Source: an uncultured Gemmatimonadaceae bacterium (GTDB lineage: Bacteria; Gemmatimonadota; Gemmatimonadetes; Gemmatimonadales; Gemmatimonadaceae). From it: a stretch of 64,000 bases of DNA. Positions 1-9,811 of the stretch are shown here, in pieces. The stretch lies in assembly GCA_963761305.1 (NCBI GenBank), contig CAVXGK010000002.1, forward strand, positions 3,296,001 to 3,360,000. Direction: 5' to 3'. The notes below the pieces were generated by a model. The model was given only the letters and a program-made list of their open reading frames with translations, was not told the DNA's origin and searched no databases. How positions within the stretch are numbered: position 1 is the stretch's first letter; every line of letters starts with the position of its first letter. The translations under genes and the position numbers were made by a program.

Positions 1-1
1 G

Positions 2-217
2 GCGAGCGTCGGCGTGAGCCTTCTTGCCGCCGTCCCACCGACGTCGCGCCGAATGATTCGCGCGGACCTCGCCGTTCCAGTGACCGGCGATGCCCCCAAG
101 CACTTCGTGATCCGCGTGTACGCCGTCGACATGACGCGCCTTTTCTGGCGCGATCCGGGCGATCTCGCGCCGGTGAGAGCGGGCGCTCCGACCCGGTCGA
201 TCTTCGGATGGCAGTGA
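2..217 (+). CDS. 3' end of a hypothetical protein running in from the window edge
   Basis: Frame is open from the edge to TGA at 215-217; converges on 285..914 across a GACGGC/GCCGTC hairpin. Confidence 0.4.
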   Translation, partial: ASVGVSLLAAVPPTSRRMIRADLAVPVTGDAPKHFVIRVYAVDMTRLFWRDPGDLAPVRAGAPTRSIFGWQ

Positions 218-284
218 GCCCTGCCCGCTCGGCCGCGGCTGACGGCTGACTGTTACCCGCCGCCGTCAGCCGAGCTCTGCGCGA

Positions 285-914
285 TTACGGCTTGACCATC
301 TTGGGCGGGCCGTCGGCGAACGTGTAACCGTAGCCCGTCTTCGGGCACTTCACGGCCGAATTCGTCGCGCTGAACATGCCGTTCGGATTGTCCTTGAAAA
401 GCCAAACGTGCAGGTCCCAGTGGTGCAGCTCGGCCGGCATGATCGGGGCGTGTCCTTCCATTGGCCCCATGAGCTGGTGGCCAAGGATCGTCGGCGGCGT
501 CTTCGACACTTCCGTCGGCACGAACCACTCGGCGCCAGTGAGCACGAGCTTGTCGCCCACGGGTTCGTAGAGAAGAACCTGCGGCTTGGTCGAGTCGAGT
601 TTGGGGCTCACGTACGACATGTTGATGAAATGGACGCCCATTGCGCCCGGCTTGTATTCCATGGCGCCGTGTTCAGTGCCGCCGGTCGGGAAATCCACAC
701 AGCCGACCGTCGAGTAGTAGCCGTCGCGCACCGCGGCGATGGGATCTTTGTACTTCTCGAGCGCCTTTCGCACCGCGGTGATCGCCTGGACGTTCGTGAC
801 GGTCGAACCCTGTTGCTTCGCTTGCGCACCGAGAATCGCCGGAGCGGCGGTCGCCAGTGCGGCAATCGTCACGCACGCCGTGGCAGAGAGTGACCGCGTG
901 TGTCCATTCCGCAT
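285..914 (-). CDS. Secreted hypothetical protein with His motifs (possible metal binding)
   Basis: Signal-peptide-like N-terminus; motifs GAMGVHF, PQVLLYEP, HWDLHVWL. Confidence 0.8.
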   Translation of the reverse strand: MRNGHTRSLSATACVTIAALATAAPAILGAQAKQQGSTVTNVQAITAVRKALEKYKDPIAAVRDGYYSTVGCVDFPTGGTEHGAMEYKPGAMGVHFINMSYVSPKLDSTKPQVLLYEPVGDKLVLTGAEWFVPTEVSKTPPTILGHQLMGPMEGHAPIMPAELHHWDLHVWLFKDNPNGMFSATNSAVKCPKTGYGYTFADGPPKMVKP

Positions 915-969
915 CGAAGGACCCCTAAAAGTTTGTGAACACGGAGCATCCCGAGAATCCGGGCGTAAG

Positions 970-1968
970 TCAAGTCGTTGAGAAAAACGTTTCAGCGATC
1001 AACTCGCGAAGTTCGGCCACGATCGCGTCCGGAACGTCGTCTCGGGTCAGCAGCTCGCAGAGTGCCGGCAAATCGGCCAGCCGCGCGCGGAGAAACCAAT
1101 GGTCGGGCGCGCTCCAGCCGCCGGCCGCGAGCCCGCGCGAGAAATACGGTTCGTAGCGCGATTGGCCCGGCCGCTCGTAGCGAAGCATGTTGCCGACGTC
1201 GGCGAGCACCGACCCGGCGAACGCGAACTCCCAATCGAGAATGGCTGCGACCGCCCAACGGCCGCCCCGCTCGGCGACGAGGATGTTCGGCGAGTTGAAG
1301 TCGCCGTGCACCAACCAGACCGGATCGTTCACCGCGGGGTGCAGCGGCTCCGTCGCGCGCAGGAAGTCGTGCAAACGTCGCCGAAGTGAAGCATCCAGAC
1401 GCTCGCGAAACAGCGGCGACGCAACGAAGTGTTCGACGACGCCCGCGAGCGGGGCGCCCGTGAATGGGCCGTCGTCCACGGCAAGCTCCGGTGACAGCAG
1501 TCCAGATCTTTGAAACCGATGCCGCGCCAGTCGTGGCAGCATTTGTCCCGCGTCGGCCGTGGCCTCGGTGACACCATTCAGGTTGCCGCGCCGTCTCAAC
1601 TCTCTGAGCGAGATTCCGTCGATGAACTCGAGCAGGCAAAACGGCGGATACCCGGGCGCGCCGCCGGTCTCGGCGAAGACGACCGTTGGTACCGGCACGT
1701 CGCCGCGCACGAGCTCCAGCACCCGCACTTCCTTGGCGCACGACGCCGGCGTTCGATCGTAGAAACGAAGGACGAACCGCTCGGCCGACCCCGACAGCCG
1801 GATGCGATAGTTCCAGTTCATGATGCCGCCGGCGAGTGGCTCCGCTTCGACCACCGCGCGCCCGCCACGCCAGGCCGCGAGGAGTGCGTCCGCGCTTTCG
1901 AGCGGCAGGTGCGGAGGCGGCGACAAGACCTTCCACGTCGCCTTCTCGGCGAGATTCGGATTCGTCAA
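970..1968 (-). CDS. Aminoglycoside phosphotransferase (APH/choline kinase-like) family protein
   Basis: HGDFNSPNIL (Brenner motif) and ILDWEFA; TTGA overlap with the upstream gene. Confidence 0.88.
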   Translation of the reverse strand: MTNPNLAEKATWKVLSPPPHLPLESADALLAAWRGGRAVVEAEPLAGGIMNWNYRIRLSGSAERFVLRFYDRTPASCAKEVRVLELVRGDVPVPTVVFAETGGAPGYPPFCLLEFIDGISLRELRRRGNLNGVTEATADAGQMLPRLARHRFQRSGLLSPELAVDDGPFTGAPLAGVVEHFVASPLFRERLDASLRRRLHDFLRATEPLHPAVNDPVWLVHGDFNSPNILVAERGGRWAVAAILDWEFAFAGSVLADVGNMLRYERPGQSRYEPYFSRGLAAGGWSAPDHWFLRARLADLPALCELLTRDDVPDAIVAELRELIAETFFSTT

Positions 1969-2522
1969 GGAGGCGTGTAAGTCGCCTTGATGCGAACCGG
2001 CACGCCGACCGTTCCCCAGTGAACGCGCATCACCGCTTCATCGCGCAAGACCAACGGAAACTCGATCTCCAACGTCTCCACGTGCGACGCTGTCTCCGTC
2101 GCGACATTCACGCGAAGCACGTCGTCCGCCGAACCCGGATACGGTTTGTGAAACACGTGGGCCGCGCGATTGAAGATCACCGTCCACGGACCGTGCTCGC
2201 GCGGAACGATCCATAGCGAGTACTCGCCCGCCTTGAGCTCGTGTCCCTCGACCAGCACGTCGTGATCGAACGTGACGCGGGTCGCCGAGTCGGCGCCGGG
2301 ATGCCAGACGCTGTCCCACGGCACGAGCTGTCCGAACAGCGGCCGCCCGCGTGCGACCGGCCGTCCGTACGTCACGGCGATCGTCGTGAACGCGACGGAC
2401 TGCGTGATGCTGCCGCGCTGGCTGAACGGATAGCCCTGCGCGACCGCGTCATGGCCTCCGCCGAGTGAGAAGGTGATGCAAAGTGCGGCGCTCGTCCGGC
2501 AGCGGAGGAAGCCAGTTCGCAT
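1965..2522 (-). CDS. DUF2911 domain secreted protein
   Basis: SQRGSITQ...YGRPVARGRPLFGQLVPWDSVW and AGEYSLWIVP are typical of the family; signal peptide present. Confidence 0.85.
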   Translation of the reverse strand: MRTGFLRCRTSAALCITFSLGGGHDAVAQGYPFSQRGSITQSVAFTTIAVTYGRPVARGRPLFGQLVPWDSVWHPGADSATRVTFDHDVLVEGHELKAGEYSLWIVPREHGPWTVIFNRAAHVFHKPYPGSADDVLRVNVATETASHVETLEIEFPLVLRDEAVMRVHWGTVGVPVRIKATYTPP

Positions 2523-2549
2523 ACCGGTAGAAACTACGTGCCCAGAGGC

Positions 2550-2981
2550 TCAGCGCGCTTCGACGAACCGCTTGAGTCCGTCGAGCACCTGCTGCCAATT
2601 CGCCTTCGAGTGCTCCTTTTCTCTCTCAGTGGTGTTCTTGTCCTGCGTGAGCACGACGTGTGTGCGTCCGCCCTCCGGCGACAGCTCGATCGTCACCGTG
2701 TGGTGGTTCTCCGGCACGTCGGGAAGGCCGGCGAGCGGGCTGAAATGCGTGTACTGGAGCAGGCGCTCCGGTTTTGACTGAACGATGACGCCTCGGTCCT
2801 CGTAGCGCGTTCCTTTCATTTCCCCCGCCCAGGTGATCGGACTTCCCTCGGTCCAATCGGACGTCACCGTCGTGCCGAACATGTATGCCTTGATCGCGGC
2901 GGGAGACACGAGCGCGTTCCACACGTCGCCGGCGCGCGCGTCGATCGTCACGTCCGCTTCCGCCACCAGATTCGTTGGCAT
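2550..2981 (-). CDS. SRPBCC/AHSA1 domain protein
   Basis: IDARAGDVWNAL...SDWTEGSPITW...W-xx-VLDGLKRFVE pattern. Confidence 0.88.
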   Translation of the reverse strand: MPTNLVAEADVTIDARAGDVWNALVSPAAIKAYMFGTTVTSDWTEGSPITWAGEMKGTRYEDRGVIVQSKPERLLQYTHFSPLAGLPDVPENHHTVTIELSPEGGRTHVVLTQDKNTTEREKEHSKANWQQVLDGLKRFVEAR

Positions 2982-3047
2982 CGAACTAGCTCCTCAAAGT
3001 CGTCGTCCGGCGAGCGTGCGAGAACCGTGCTCGTGCCGCTCGCCGTC

Positions 3048-3884
3048 TCAGCGAACCGCGACGCCGCACCAGCAGCGTGCGGGCAGTGTGACGCCGTCCG
3101 CGCGGGTAAACGGAACCAACCGCTCGTCGATCGTCGCGCGGAACGCCTCGCGCTCGGCGTGGGACAGCGCGCGGACGCGCGGGCCGAGCGCCGTCAGCTC
3201 GATGAGAAAATCCCAATAGGCGTTCGCGTCGGCGAACCGCCACGCCATGTCGACGGGCTCGAGGCGCGTCGACGCGAAGCCGGCGCCGTCGAGCAACGAC
3301 TGCAATCGCGCGCGGTCGCCGAGCGCGAGGATTCCCGGCTGCCATTCGCCCGTCGGTCGCGGCAGATGGCCGGCTTCAATCAACGCGCGCGCCGGGAGGG
3401 ACGCGAACGGATTGTCCTCCGGACCCGTGAACACGGCGAACACGAAGCGCCCGCCTGACTTGAGCACACGGCGACACTCGCGCAGGGCCGCCGCGGGGTC
3501 GGGCATGAGCATGATGCCCCAGCGACAGATCACACTGTCGAACGTCGCGTCGCTCACGTCCATCGCCTGGGCGTCGAGCACGCGGTAGTCGGCGTTCGTG
3601 ATCCCGAGCTCGGCTCCTCGCTTGCGGGCCGCCTCGACCATGTCTGGCGACAAGTCCGTCGACACCAGCCGCCCGTTGCCGAGGTGCTTGGCCGCCAAGA
3701 ACCCGGTGTCGCCCGGACCGGCGGCGATCTCCAGAACGCGCTGCCCGCTCTTCGGCTCGAGGTTCCTCACGAGCCACTCGTGAATGGGTCGCGACGATGC
3801 CAGCAGCGACTCGCGCTGATCGAACCACGCCTTCGCCTGGCTGTCCCAATCCTTACGAATCTGTTCGGTTGCGCCACCGGTCAT
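3048..3884 (-). CDS. Class I SAM-dependent methyltransferase (UbiE-like)
   Basis: VLEIAAGPG motif I, DLSPDMV, FDSVIC, RRVLKSGGRF. Confidence 0.9.
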   Translation of the reverse strand: MTGGATEQIRKDWDSQAKAWFDQRESLLASSRPIHEWLVRNLEPKSGQRVLEIAAGPGDTGFLAAKHLGNGRLVSTDLSPDMVEAARKRGAELGITNADYRVLDAQAMDVSDATFDSVICRWGIMLMPDPAAALRECRRVLKSGGRFVFAVFTGPEDNPFASLPARALIEAGHLPRPTGEWQPGILALGDRARLQSLLDGAGFASTRLEPVDMAWRFADANAYWDFLIELTALGPRVRALSHAEREAFRATIDERLVPFTRADGVTLPARCWCGVAVR

Positions 3885-4071
3885 TGAGATCTCTTAATTC
3901 GCGAATGGTTCGTGTGGACGGCTTCTTAGACGTCATAGAACCTGTCGACGTCCCTCGGTCGCCCACAACGCCCGAGCGAAAACGCCCGACGGCTGGCTCG
4001 TGTTCCGGCTGAACGAGTTGCCCGCTCCCCGAGTTCCGTCACCCTCGGCAGGTCCGCTCGTCATCTAAGGT

Positions 4072-6234
4072 ATGGGTACGTCCATCCGGCTCCCCGTCCC
4101 GAGACTGCCTCAGGAACCGCTTGCCCGGTTCCGGTTCATGTCGGTGTGTTTCGCCGCAACGCTGGCGTTCTTCCACACCGTCCTGTTCACCATCGACCAA
4201 GACCTCCCAAGCTCGCTCCGGTGGGAGGAAGCCGCGGCGGCGGCGACGCTCGGCACGTGGTGGATCTACGGATACCGCCGCGGGCGATTCCCGGTCGCCG
4301 GCTGGCTGGTCGACATGACGCTCGTGCTGGTCGTGGCCGCCGTGTCGCCGATGCCGTCGGACGCGATCGCGCTCTTTTTCGGCGGCCTCCAATTCCGCTC
4401 GCTCTTCGTGCCGCGGCGACAGCTCGGGTACCTCATCGTTTCGTATTCAGTCGCTCGCGTCGGATCGACGGCGTTGTGGTACTCGAATGGACACATCACG
4501 TACAGTCCGCTCTCGCCGAATTCGCTGATCTCCGTGCTCGGACTCACGATCATCGCCGTGAGTCTCCACCTCTTCGTCGAAGCGACGCAACGACAATCGA
4601 CGATGGCGCGGGATCTCGCACGCAGCGACGAACGCTATCGGCTGGTCGCCCGCGCGACGCGCGACGTCGTGTACGATTGGCACGTCGCGACCGGCACGAT
4701 CGTGTGGACCGAGTCGATGCAGTCCGTCTTCGGTTACGCGCCCGAGGAAATCGGCGACGGCGCGTGGTGGCTCGAGCGGGTTCATCCCGCCGACCGCGAG
4801 ACGCTGCAACACGCCGTCGAAGCCGCGGTGACCGATCCCGCGACGTCCATCGGCGCCGTGCAGTACCGCGTCCGACGCGCCGACCAACATTACGCGTACG
4901 TCTCGGGAAGTCTGATCGTTCAACGCGCGGCGGACGGCACCGCCGAGCGCGTGATCGGCTCCATTCGCGACGTCACCAGCGAGCATCTCCTCGAGGAGCG
5001 CCTCCGCCAAGCGCAGAAGATGGAAGCCGTCGGACAGCTCGCCGGCGGCGTCGCCCACGACTTCAACAACCTGCTCACCGTCATCGGCGGGCACGTGTAC
5101 ATGCTCGAGCGAGCATTGGGTTCCGCCACACACGGATCCGGCGACGCATCGGCTACGGCCAAGCATGTCGCCGGCATCACCCGCGCCACTGATCGCGCCG
5201 CGTCGCTCACTCGGCAACTGCTCGCGTTCGGACGCAAACAGCTGCTCTCGCCGTCGGTGCTGGATGTGAACGCGATCGTCGACGACACGCTCCATATGAT
5301 GCGGCCGGCGCTCGGCGAACGCGTCAAGGTCATCACGCGGCTCGAGCGCGGCCTGTCGCCCGTGTACGCCGACGCGGGGCAATTGGGTCAGGTGCTCGTG
5401 AATCTCGCGCTCAACGCGCGTGACGCGATGCAGGCGACAAATGGCGGTACGCTGACCATCGAGACGGAGAACACGACGCTCGACGACGAAACCGAAGCGG
5501 CCGCCGACGACGCGAGCGCGTCCGGCGGTGGGCTGGCGGCCGGAGATTACGTGCGTCTCACGGTGCGCGATACCGGCACCGGCATGGACGCTGCGACGCT
5601 CGCGCGCGCATTCGAGCCGTTCTTCACCACCAAGCCGCACGGTCGCGGGACTGGCCTCGGACTCGCGACGGTCTACGGAATCGTCAAACAATCTTCCGGC
5701 GACATCCAGGCCGAGAGTACCCCGGGCGCCGGCTCGACGTTCGCGATCGTTCTTCCCGTCGCAACGGCGGAACGTCGCCGCTCGGCTCGCGCCGTCGACG
5801 CCGACCATGGCCCGGCCGCGATCTCGTTCCCGGATACGACATCACGCCCCGGCCACCGCGGCGTGTTGCTCGTCGAAGACAACGCCGGCGTGCGCACGTT
5901 CGCCGCCGAGGTGCTGTCGCAGGCGGGATACGACGTGCGTTCGGCTCGTCATGGTGCCGAGGCACTCGAGCTGATGCGAAAATACGAATCGTCGATCGAC
6001 GTGGTCGTGACCGACGTCGTGATGCCGGAGATGGGCGGCCGGGCGCTCGTCGATCAGCTTCGCAAGCGGCGCCCGCATCTGCCGGTTCTGTACATCACCG
6101 GCTACACCGACGACGCGTCGATGCTCGAGGAGCTCAAGTCGGCCGGCGCGCGCATGCTGGAGAAGCCGTTCACCGCCGGAGCGTTGGCCGAAGCGGTCGC
6201 CTTGCTCGGAACTCCGCTCGCCAAGGCGAGCTGA
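4072..6234 (+). CDS. Membrane hybrid sensor histidine kinase (TM-PAS-HisKA-HATPase-REC)
   Basis: N-terminal TM helices, PAS (VHPAD), H-box [10 protein letters not shown] boxes (NARDAM, DTGTGM, GTGLGL), receiver (LLVED, TDVVMP, KPF). Start uncertain. Confidence 0.92.
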   Translation: MGTSIRLPVPRLPQEPLARFRFMSVCFAATLAFFHTVLFTIDQDLPSSLRWEEAAAAATLGTWWIYGYRRGRFPVAGWLVDMTLVLVVAAVSPMPSDAIALFFGGLQFRSLFVPRRQLGYLIVSYSVARVGSTALWYSNGHITYSPLSPNSLISVLGLTIIAVSLHLFVEATQRQSTMARDLARSDERYRLVARATRDVVYDWHVATGTIVWTESMQSVFGYAPEEIGDGAWWLERVHPADRETLQHAVEAAVTDPATSIGAVQYRVRRADQHYAYVSGSLIVQRAADGTAERVIGSIRDVTSEHLLEERLRQAQKMEAVGQLAGGVAHDFNNLLTVIGGHVYMLERALGSATHGSGDASATAKHVAGITRATDRAASLTRQLLAFGRKQLLSPSVLDVNAIVDDTLHMMRPALGERVKVITRLERGLSPVYADAGQLGQVLVNLALNARDAMQATNGGTLTIETENTTLDDETEAAADDASASGGGLAAGDYVRLTVRDTGTGMDAATLARAFEPFFTTKPHGRGTGLGLATVYGIVKQSSGDIQAESTPGAGSTFAIVLPVATAERRRSARAVDADHGPAAISFPDTTSRPGHRGVLLVEDNAGVRTFAAEVLSQAGYDVRSARHGAEALELMRKYESSIDVVVTDVVMPEMGGRALVDQLRKRRPHLPVLYITGYTDDASMLEELKSAGARMLEKPFTAGALAEAVALLGTPLAKAS

Positions 6235-6273
6235 CAGCGCCGGCTAGCCGCTGGCCGACAGTAGGCACAGCCG

Positions 6274-7116
6274 TCAGACGTGCGTCGCAGGAGTTCCAAG
6301 GATCTGCTTCGCCCGCTCGACTACCGGTCGATCCACCAGCTCGCCCCGATGGGTAAACACCGCGTCTCCCTGCCTCGCCTCCAACTCGGCGAGCACCGCG
6401 CGCGCCCACGCGACCTCTTCGTCGCTCGGCCGGAATGCGTCGTTCGTGATCGCGATCTGTTTCGGATGAATGCACAGCTTGCCGCCGAACCCGAACGCGT
6501 GACTCCGCGCGGCGTGCCGCGCGAGTAGATCCTGATCGTCGATCGCCAGCGTCACGAGGTCCACCGGCGGCGCGATCCCGGCGACGCGCGATGCGACGAC
6601 GATGCGCGTTCGTACCGGATCGAACGCGCCGTCGCGGTCGTGGATCCCTGTGTCGAGTGTGAAATCCAGCGCGCCGAAGATCACTCGTTCGACGCGCGGC
6701 GACTTCGCCACCTCGAGCACGTTCCACAGTCCCGCGGCCGTCTCGATGATCGGAACGATTGTGTGCTGCGGCGCGATCTTGGCCACGGCGCGCTCGACGT
6801 GCGCCGCGCCGTCCGCTTTCGGCAGCAGCACGCCGCGAATCGCCAGCGTGCACGCCACCGCGAGATCGTCCTCGAACCACGGCGTGAGCGCGCTGTTCAC
6901 GCGCACGTAGACGGGCACGTCGCGCGGGATCGTGGCGCCGAGCAAACCGCGCCGCGCGTCGGCCTTTTCATTCGGCGCGACCGCGTCCTCGAGATCGAGT
7001 ATCACGCGATCCGCGCCACTCGTCGCCGCTTTGGCGAATCGGTCGGGCCGTGTCGCGGGAACGAAGAGCCAAGACCGGGCCGGCGCCGCGTCGGTCCGGT
7101 GGTTGAGTTGGTTCAT
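6274..7116 (-). CDS. CitE-like CoA ester lyase (candidate citramalyl-CoA lyase)
   Basis: RSWLFVP, ILDLEDAV, YVRVN, PIIET, GKLCIHPKQ; ATG at 7116 overlaps the upstream stop (ATGA). Confidence 0.88.
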   Translation of the reverse strand: MNQLNHRTDAAPARSWLFVPATRPDRFAKAATSGADRVILDLEDAVAPNEKADARRGLLGATIPRDVPVYVRVNSALTPWFEDDLAVACTLAIRGVLLPKADGAAHVERAVAKIAPQHTIVPIIETAAGLWNVLEVAKSPRVERVIFGALDFTLDTGIHDRDGAFDPVRTRIVVASRVAGIAPPVDLVTLAIDDQDLLARHAARSHAFGFGGKLCIHPKQIAITNDAFRPSDEEVAWARAVLAELEARQGDAVFTHRGELVDRPVVERAKQILGTPATHV

Positions 7117-7604
7117 TCGGTTCGCAGAATGAACTCGTTCGACGGCGCCGCATCGATGACGCTGCCGTCGGTCGCGTACACACCCGCACGGAACCGATAT
7201 GTGCCGGCGACCTGCGGGCTGTTCCACATCGGGCCGCCAGGCCCCGCGACCGCCGCGCTGACGTCGATCTGGAACTGCCGGCTATCGCCCGGCGGGACGT
7301 TATCACCGTCATCATCGCCGGCGCTGAGCACGAAACAGGCGGGACTCCAGACGTTGGACCATCCCGTCCCCGCGTTGCCTTCGATCGACGACATGCAAAT
7401 CGTGAAGGCGACGGTCGCCCTTCCTTGATTCTCGACGGTGACGGCGAGCGGGAAGCGAAGCCAATCGACGTCGCCGGCGTGAACGATCGTTCCCACGATC
7501 GAGTTGCTCGCCACGCTCACCCGCACTTGTGCGTTCGGACCGGTCGGCTCGCCGCATCCGAGTCCGCACGCCACCGCAATCGCCAACAGAATCGATCGTT
7601 TCAT
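7113..7604 (-). CDS. Hypothetical lipoprotein
   Basis: MKRSILLAIAVACGLGC lipobox-like signal from ATG at 7604; translationally coupled to the lyase gene. Confidence 0.7.
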   Translation of the reverse strand: MKRSILLAIAVACGLGCGEPTGPNAQVRVSVASNSIVGTIVHAGDVDWLRFPLAVTVENQGRATVAFTICMSSIEGNAGTGWSNVWSPACFVLSAGDDDGDNVPPGDSRQFQIDVSAAVAGPGGPMWNSPQVAGTYRFRAGVYATDGSVIDAAPSNEFILRTE

Positions 7605-7644
7605 CGATGCCCTCCAGCCCGCGAACCCAGAGAACCGCGCGCAA

Positions 7645-8523
7645 TCATCGCGACACCCACGCCTCGGCCTCGACGGCACGCGCACCCTGGTTGTCCGTCG
7701 ACCACAACTTGAAGTGTCCGTCGTCGGGGGCAGGCGCGCCGTACACGGTGAAATCCGACGTGTCGCACGTAGGGCGCATCGCCCTGAAGTGAAACCGCTC
7801 GATCCGTTCTGCCGTCACCTGCGCCTGCGATAGATCGAGCAACAACGTGGCGATGAGCGGCCCGTGCACCACGAGTCCGGCGTATCCCTCGACGTCCATC
7901 GCGTAGCGGCGGTCGTAGTGAATGCGATGAGTGTTGAACGTCAACGCCGAATACCGAAAGAGCAGCGTCTCAGTCGGGCGAACGGTATGTCGCCACGCTG
8001 CCGCGACGTCACCCGCATCGTCTCGCGGCGCGACTCGCGCCGCGGGCGCCGTGGCTTCCCGATACACGAGATCCTGTTCCTCTTCGATCGCCACGCCGGC
8101 ATCGGTTGCGAATCGGTGGCGCACGGTCACGAAGACCAACGCCGACTCACGTCCCTTCTTCTCTTCGACCGCGATGATCTCCGAGTTGCGCTCGACGCGC
8201 TCGCCGACGCGCAGCGCCCGCCGAAACGTCACGCGGCTTCCGGCCCACAGCCGCCGCGGTAACGGCACCGGCGGAAGAAACCCGCCGCGTTTCGCGTGCC
8301 CGTCCGTCCCGAGGTCGGACTCGCGCGCGACGTGCGGCGCCAACGTCCAATGAAAACCGAGCGGCGCGGCGTCGCCTTCCTTCGGCCACCCCGCCGCGTG
8401 ATCGAGCATCGCATGCCACGCCGCCACACGGCCAGGCGTGATCCAATCAGCCGCAGTTTGCGTGCGGCCGATCCACTGCTTCCAATCGTGCTCCACCTGA
8501 ACGAATTCGATTCCTCCTGCCAC
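7645..8523 (-). CDS. MaoC/double-hotdog acyl-CoA hydratase (itaconyl-/mesaconyl-CoA hydratase-like)
   Basis: DGHAKRGGFLPPVPLPRRLWAG and LFRYSALTFNTHRIHYD...GLVVHGPL. Start uncertain. Confidence 0.88.
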   Translation of the reverse strand: MAGGIEFVQVEHDWKQWIGRTQTAADWITPGRVAAWHAMLDHAAGWPKEGDAAPLGFHWTLAPHVARESDLGTDGHAKRGGFLPPVPLPRRLWAGSRVTFRRALRVGERVERNSEIIAVEEKKGRESALVFVTVRHRFATDAGVAIEEEQDLVYREATAPAARVAPRDDAGDVAAAWRHTVRPTETLLFRYSALTFNTHRIHYDRRYAMDVEGYAGLVVHGPLIATLLLDLSQAQVTAERIERFHFRAMRPTCDTSDFTVYGAPAPDDGHFKLWSTDNQGARAVEAEAWVSR

Positions 8524-8657
8524 TCGTGGGCCTCATCGCTTGGTACACCGGGATTCTCGTTCGACAGCCTGTCGCCAGCAAGACCGACCTCGATCCGGCA
8601 TCCCGGGTCTCCCCACCGCGTGCCATATTCGTGACCAGCCGAGCACGAGGATCAACG

Positions 8658-9809
8658 TTGGCGCACGAATCTTTCAGCGAAATCAGGGAGGCAATCCGGG
8701 CCCTCTCCGCGGGTTTCCCAGGCTCATACTGGCAGAAACTCGACGCCGAGCAGCGCTACCCGGACGACTTCGTTTCGGCGCTGACCGCCGCGGGTTGGAT
8801 GGCCGCGCTCATCCCGCAGGAGTTCGAGGGTGCGGGACTCGGACTCGCCGAAGCGTCCGTCATCCTCGAGGAGATCAATCGCAACGGCGGCAACTCCGGC
8901 GCGTGCCACGGCCAACTCTACAACATGGGCACGCTGTTGCGGCACGGGTCGGAGGAACAGAAGCAACAGTACCTCCCGCCCATCGCGCGCGGCGAAGTGC
9001 GTTTGCAATCCATGGCCGTCACCGAACCGACGACCGGCACCGATACGACCAAGACCGCCACCTTCGCCGTCAAGCGCGGCGACCGCTACGTCGTCAACGG
9101 CCAGAAGGTGTGGCTCTCCCGAGCGCACCATTCGGATCTGCTCATCCTCCTCGCGCGCACGTCTCCGTACACCGCCTCCGCACGCACGCAGGGGATGTCG
9201 CTTTTTCTCGTCGACATCAAGGCGTCGCTCGGCAACGGGCTCACGTTGCGGCCGATCCGCAACATGGTGAATCACGAGACGAGCGAGGCGTTTTTTACCG
9301 ACCTCGAGATCCCAGCCGCGAATCTCATCGGCGAGGAAGGGAAGGGTTTTCGTTACATCCTCGACGGACTCAACGCCGAGCGCACGCTCATCGCCGCCGA
9401 GTGCATCGGCGATGCGCGATGGTTCGTCGACAAGGCGACCAAATACGCCAACGAGCGCGTCGTCTTCGACCGGCCGATCGGTCGCAACCAGGGCGTACAG
9501 TTTCCGATCGCCGAGTGCCACATGGAGACCGAGGCGGCCGATCTCATGCGCTGGAAGGCGTGCGCGCTGTTCGACAACCACGAGCCGTGCGGCGCCGAAG
9601 CGAACATCGCCAAGTACCTCGCTGCGAAAGCCTCGTGGGAGGCGGCGAACGTGTGCCTCCAGACGCACGGCGGGTTCGGGTTCGCCGCCGAGTACGACGT
9701 CGAGCGCAAGTTCCGCGAGACGCGCCTCTATCAGGTCGCCCCGATCTCGACGAATCTGATTCTCTCGTACGTCGCCGAGCACGTCCTCGGACTCCCGCGC
9801 TCGTTCTGA
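8658..9809 (+). CDS. Acyl-CoA dehydrogenase
   Basis: MAVTEPTTGTD, NGQKVW, FDRPIGRNQGVQF, QTHGGFGF; TTG start with GAGG upstream. Confidence 0.92.
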   Translation: MAHESFSEIREAIRALSAGFPGSYWQKLDAEQRYPDDFVSALTAAGWMAALIPQEFEGAGLGLAEASVILEEINRNGGNSGACHGQLYNMGTLLRHGSEEQKQQYLPPIARGEVRLQSMAVTEPTTGTDTTKTATFAVKRGDRYVVNGQKVWLSRAHHSDLLILLARTSPYTASARTQGMSLFLVDIKASLGNGLTLRPIRNMVNHETSEAFFTDLEIPAANLIGEEGKGFRYILDGLNAERTLIAAECIGDARWFVDKATKYANERVVFDRPIGRNQGVQFPIAECHMETEAADLMRWKACALFDNHEPCGAEANIAKYLAAKASWEAANVCLQTHGGFGFAAEYDVERKFRETRLYQVAPISTNLILSYVAEHVLGLPRSF

Positions 9810-9811
9810 CG

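Noticed and set aside
970..1968. Aminoglycoside resistance gene
   Set aside because: Only family-level APH/kinase motifs; the substrate cannot be assigned.
8540..9811. Long 5' extension of the 816-aa ORF
   Set aside because: Out-of-frame overlap with the acyl-CoA dehydrogenase; the CoA-transferase begins at 9812.
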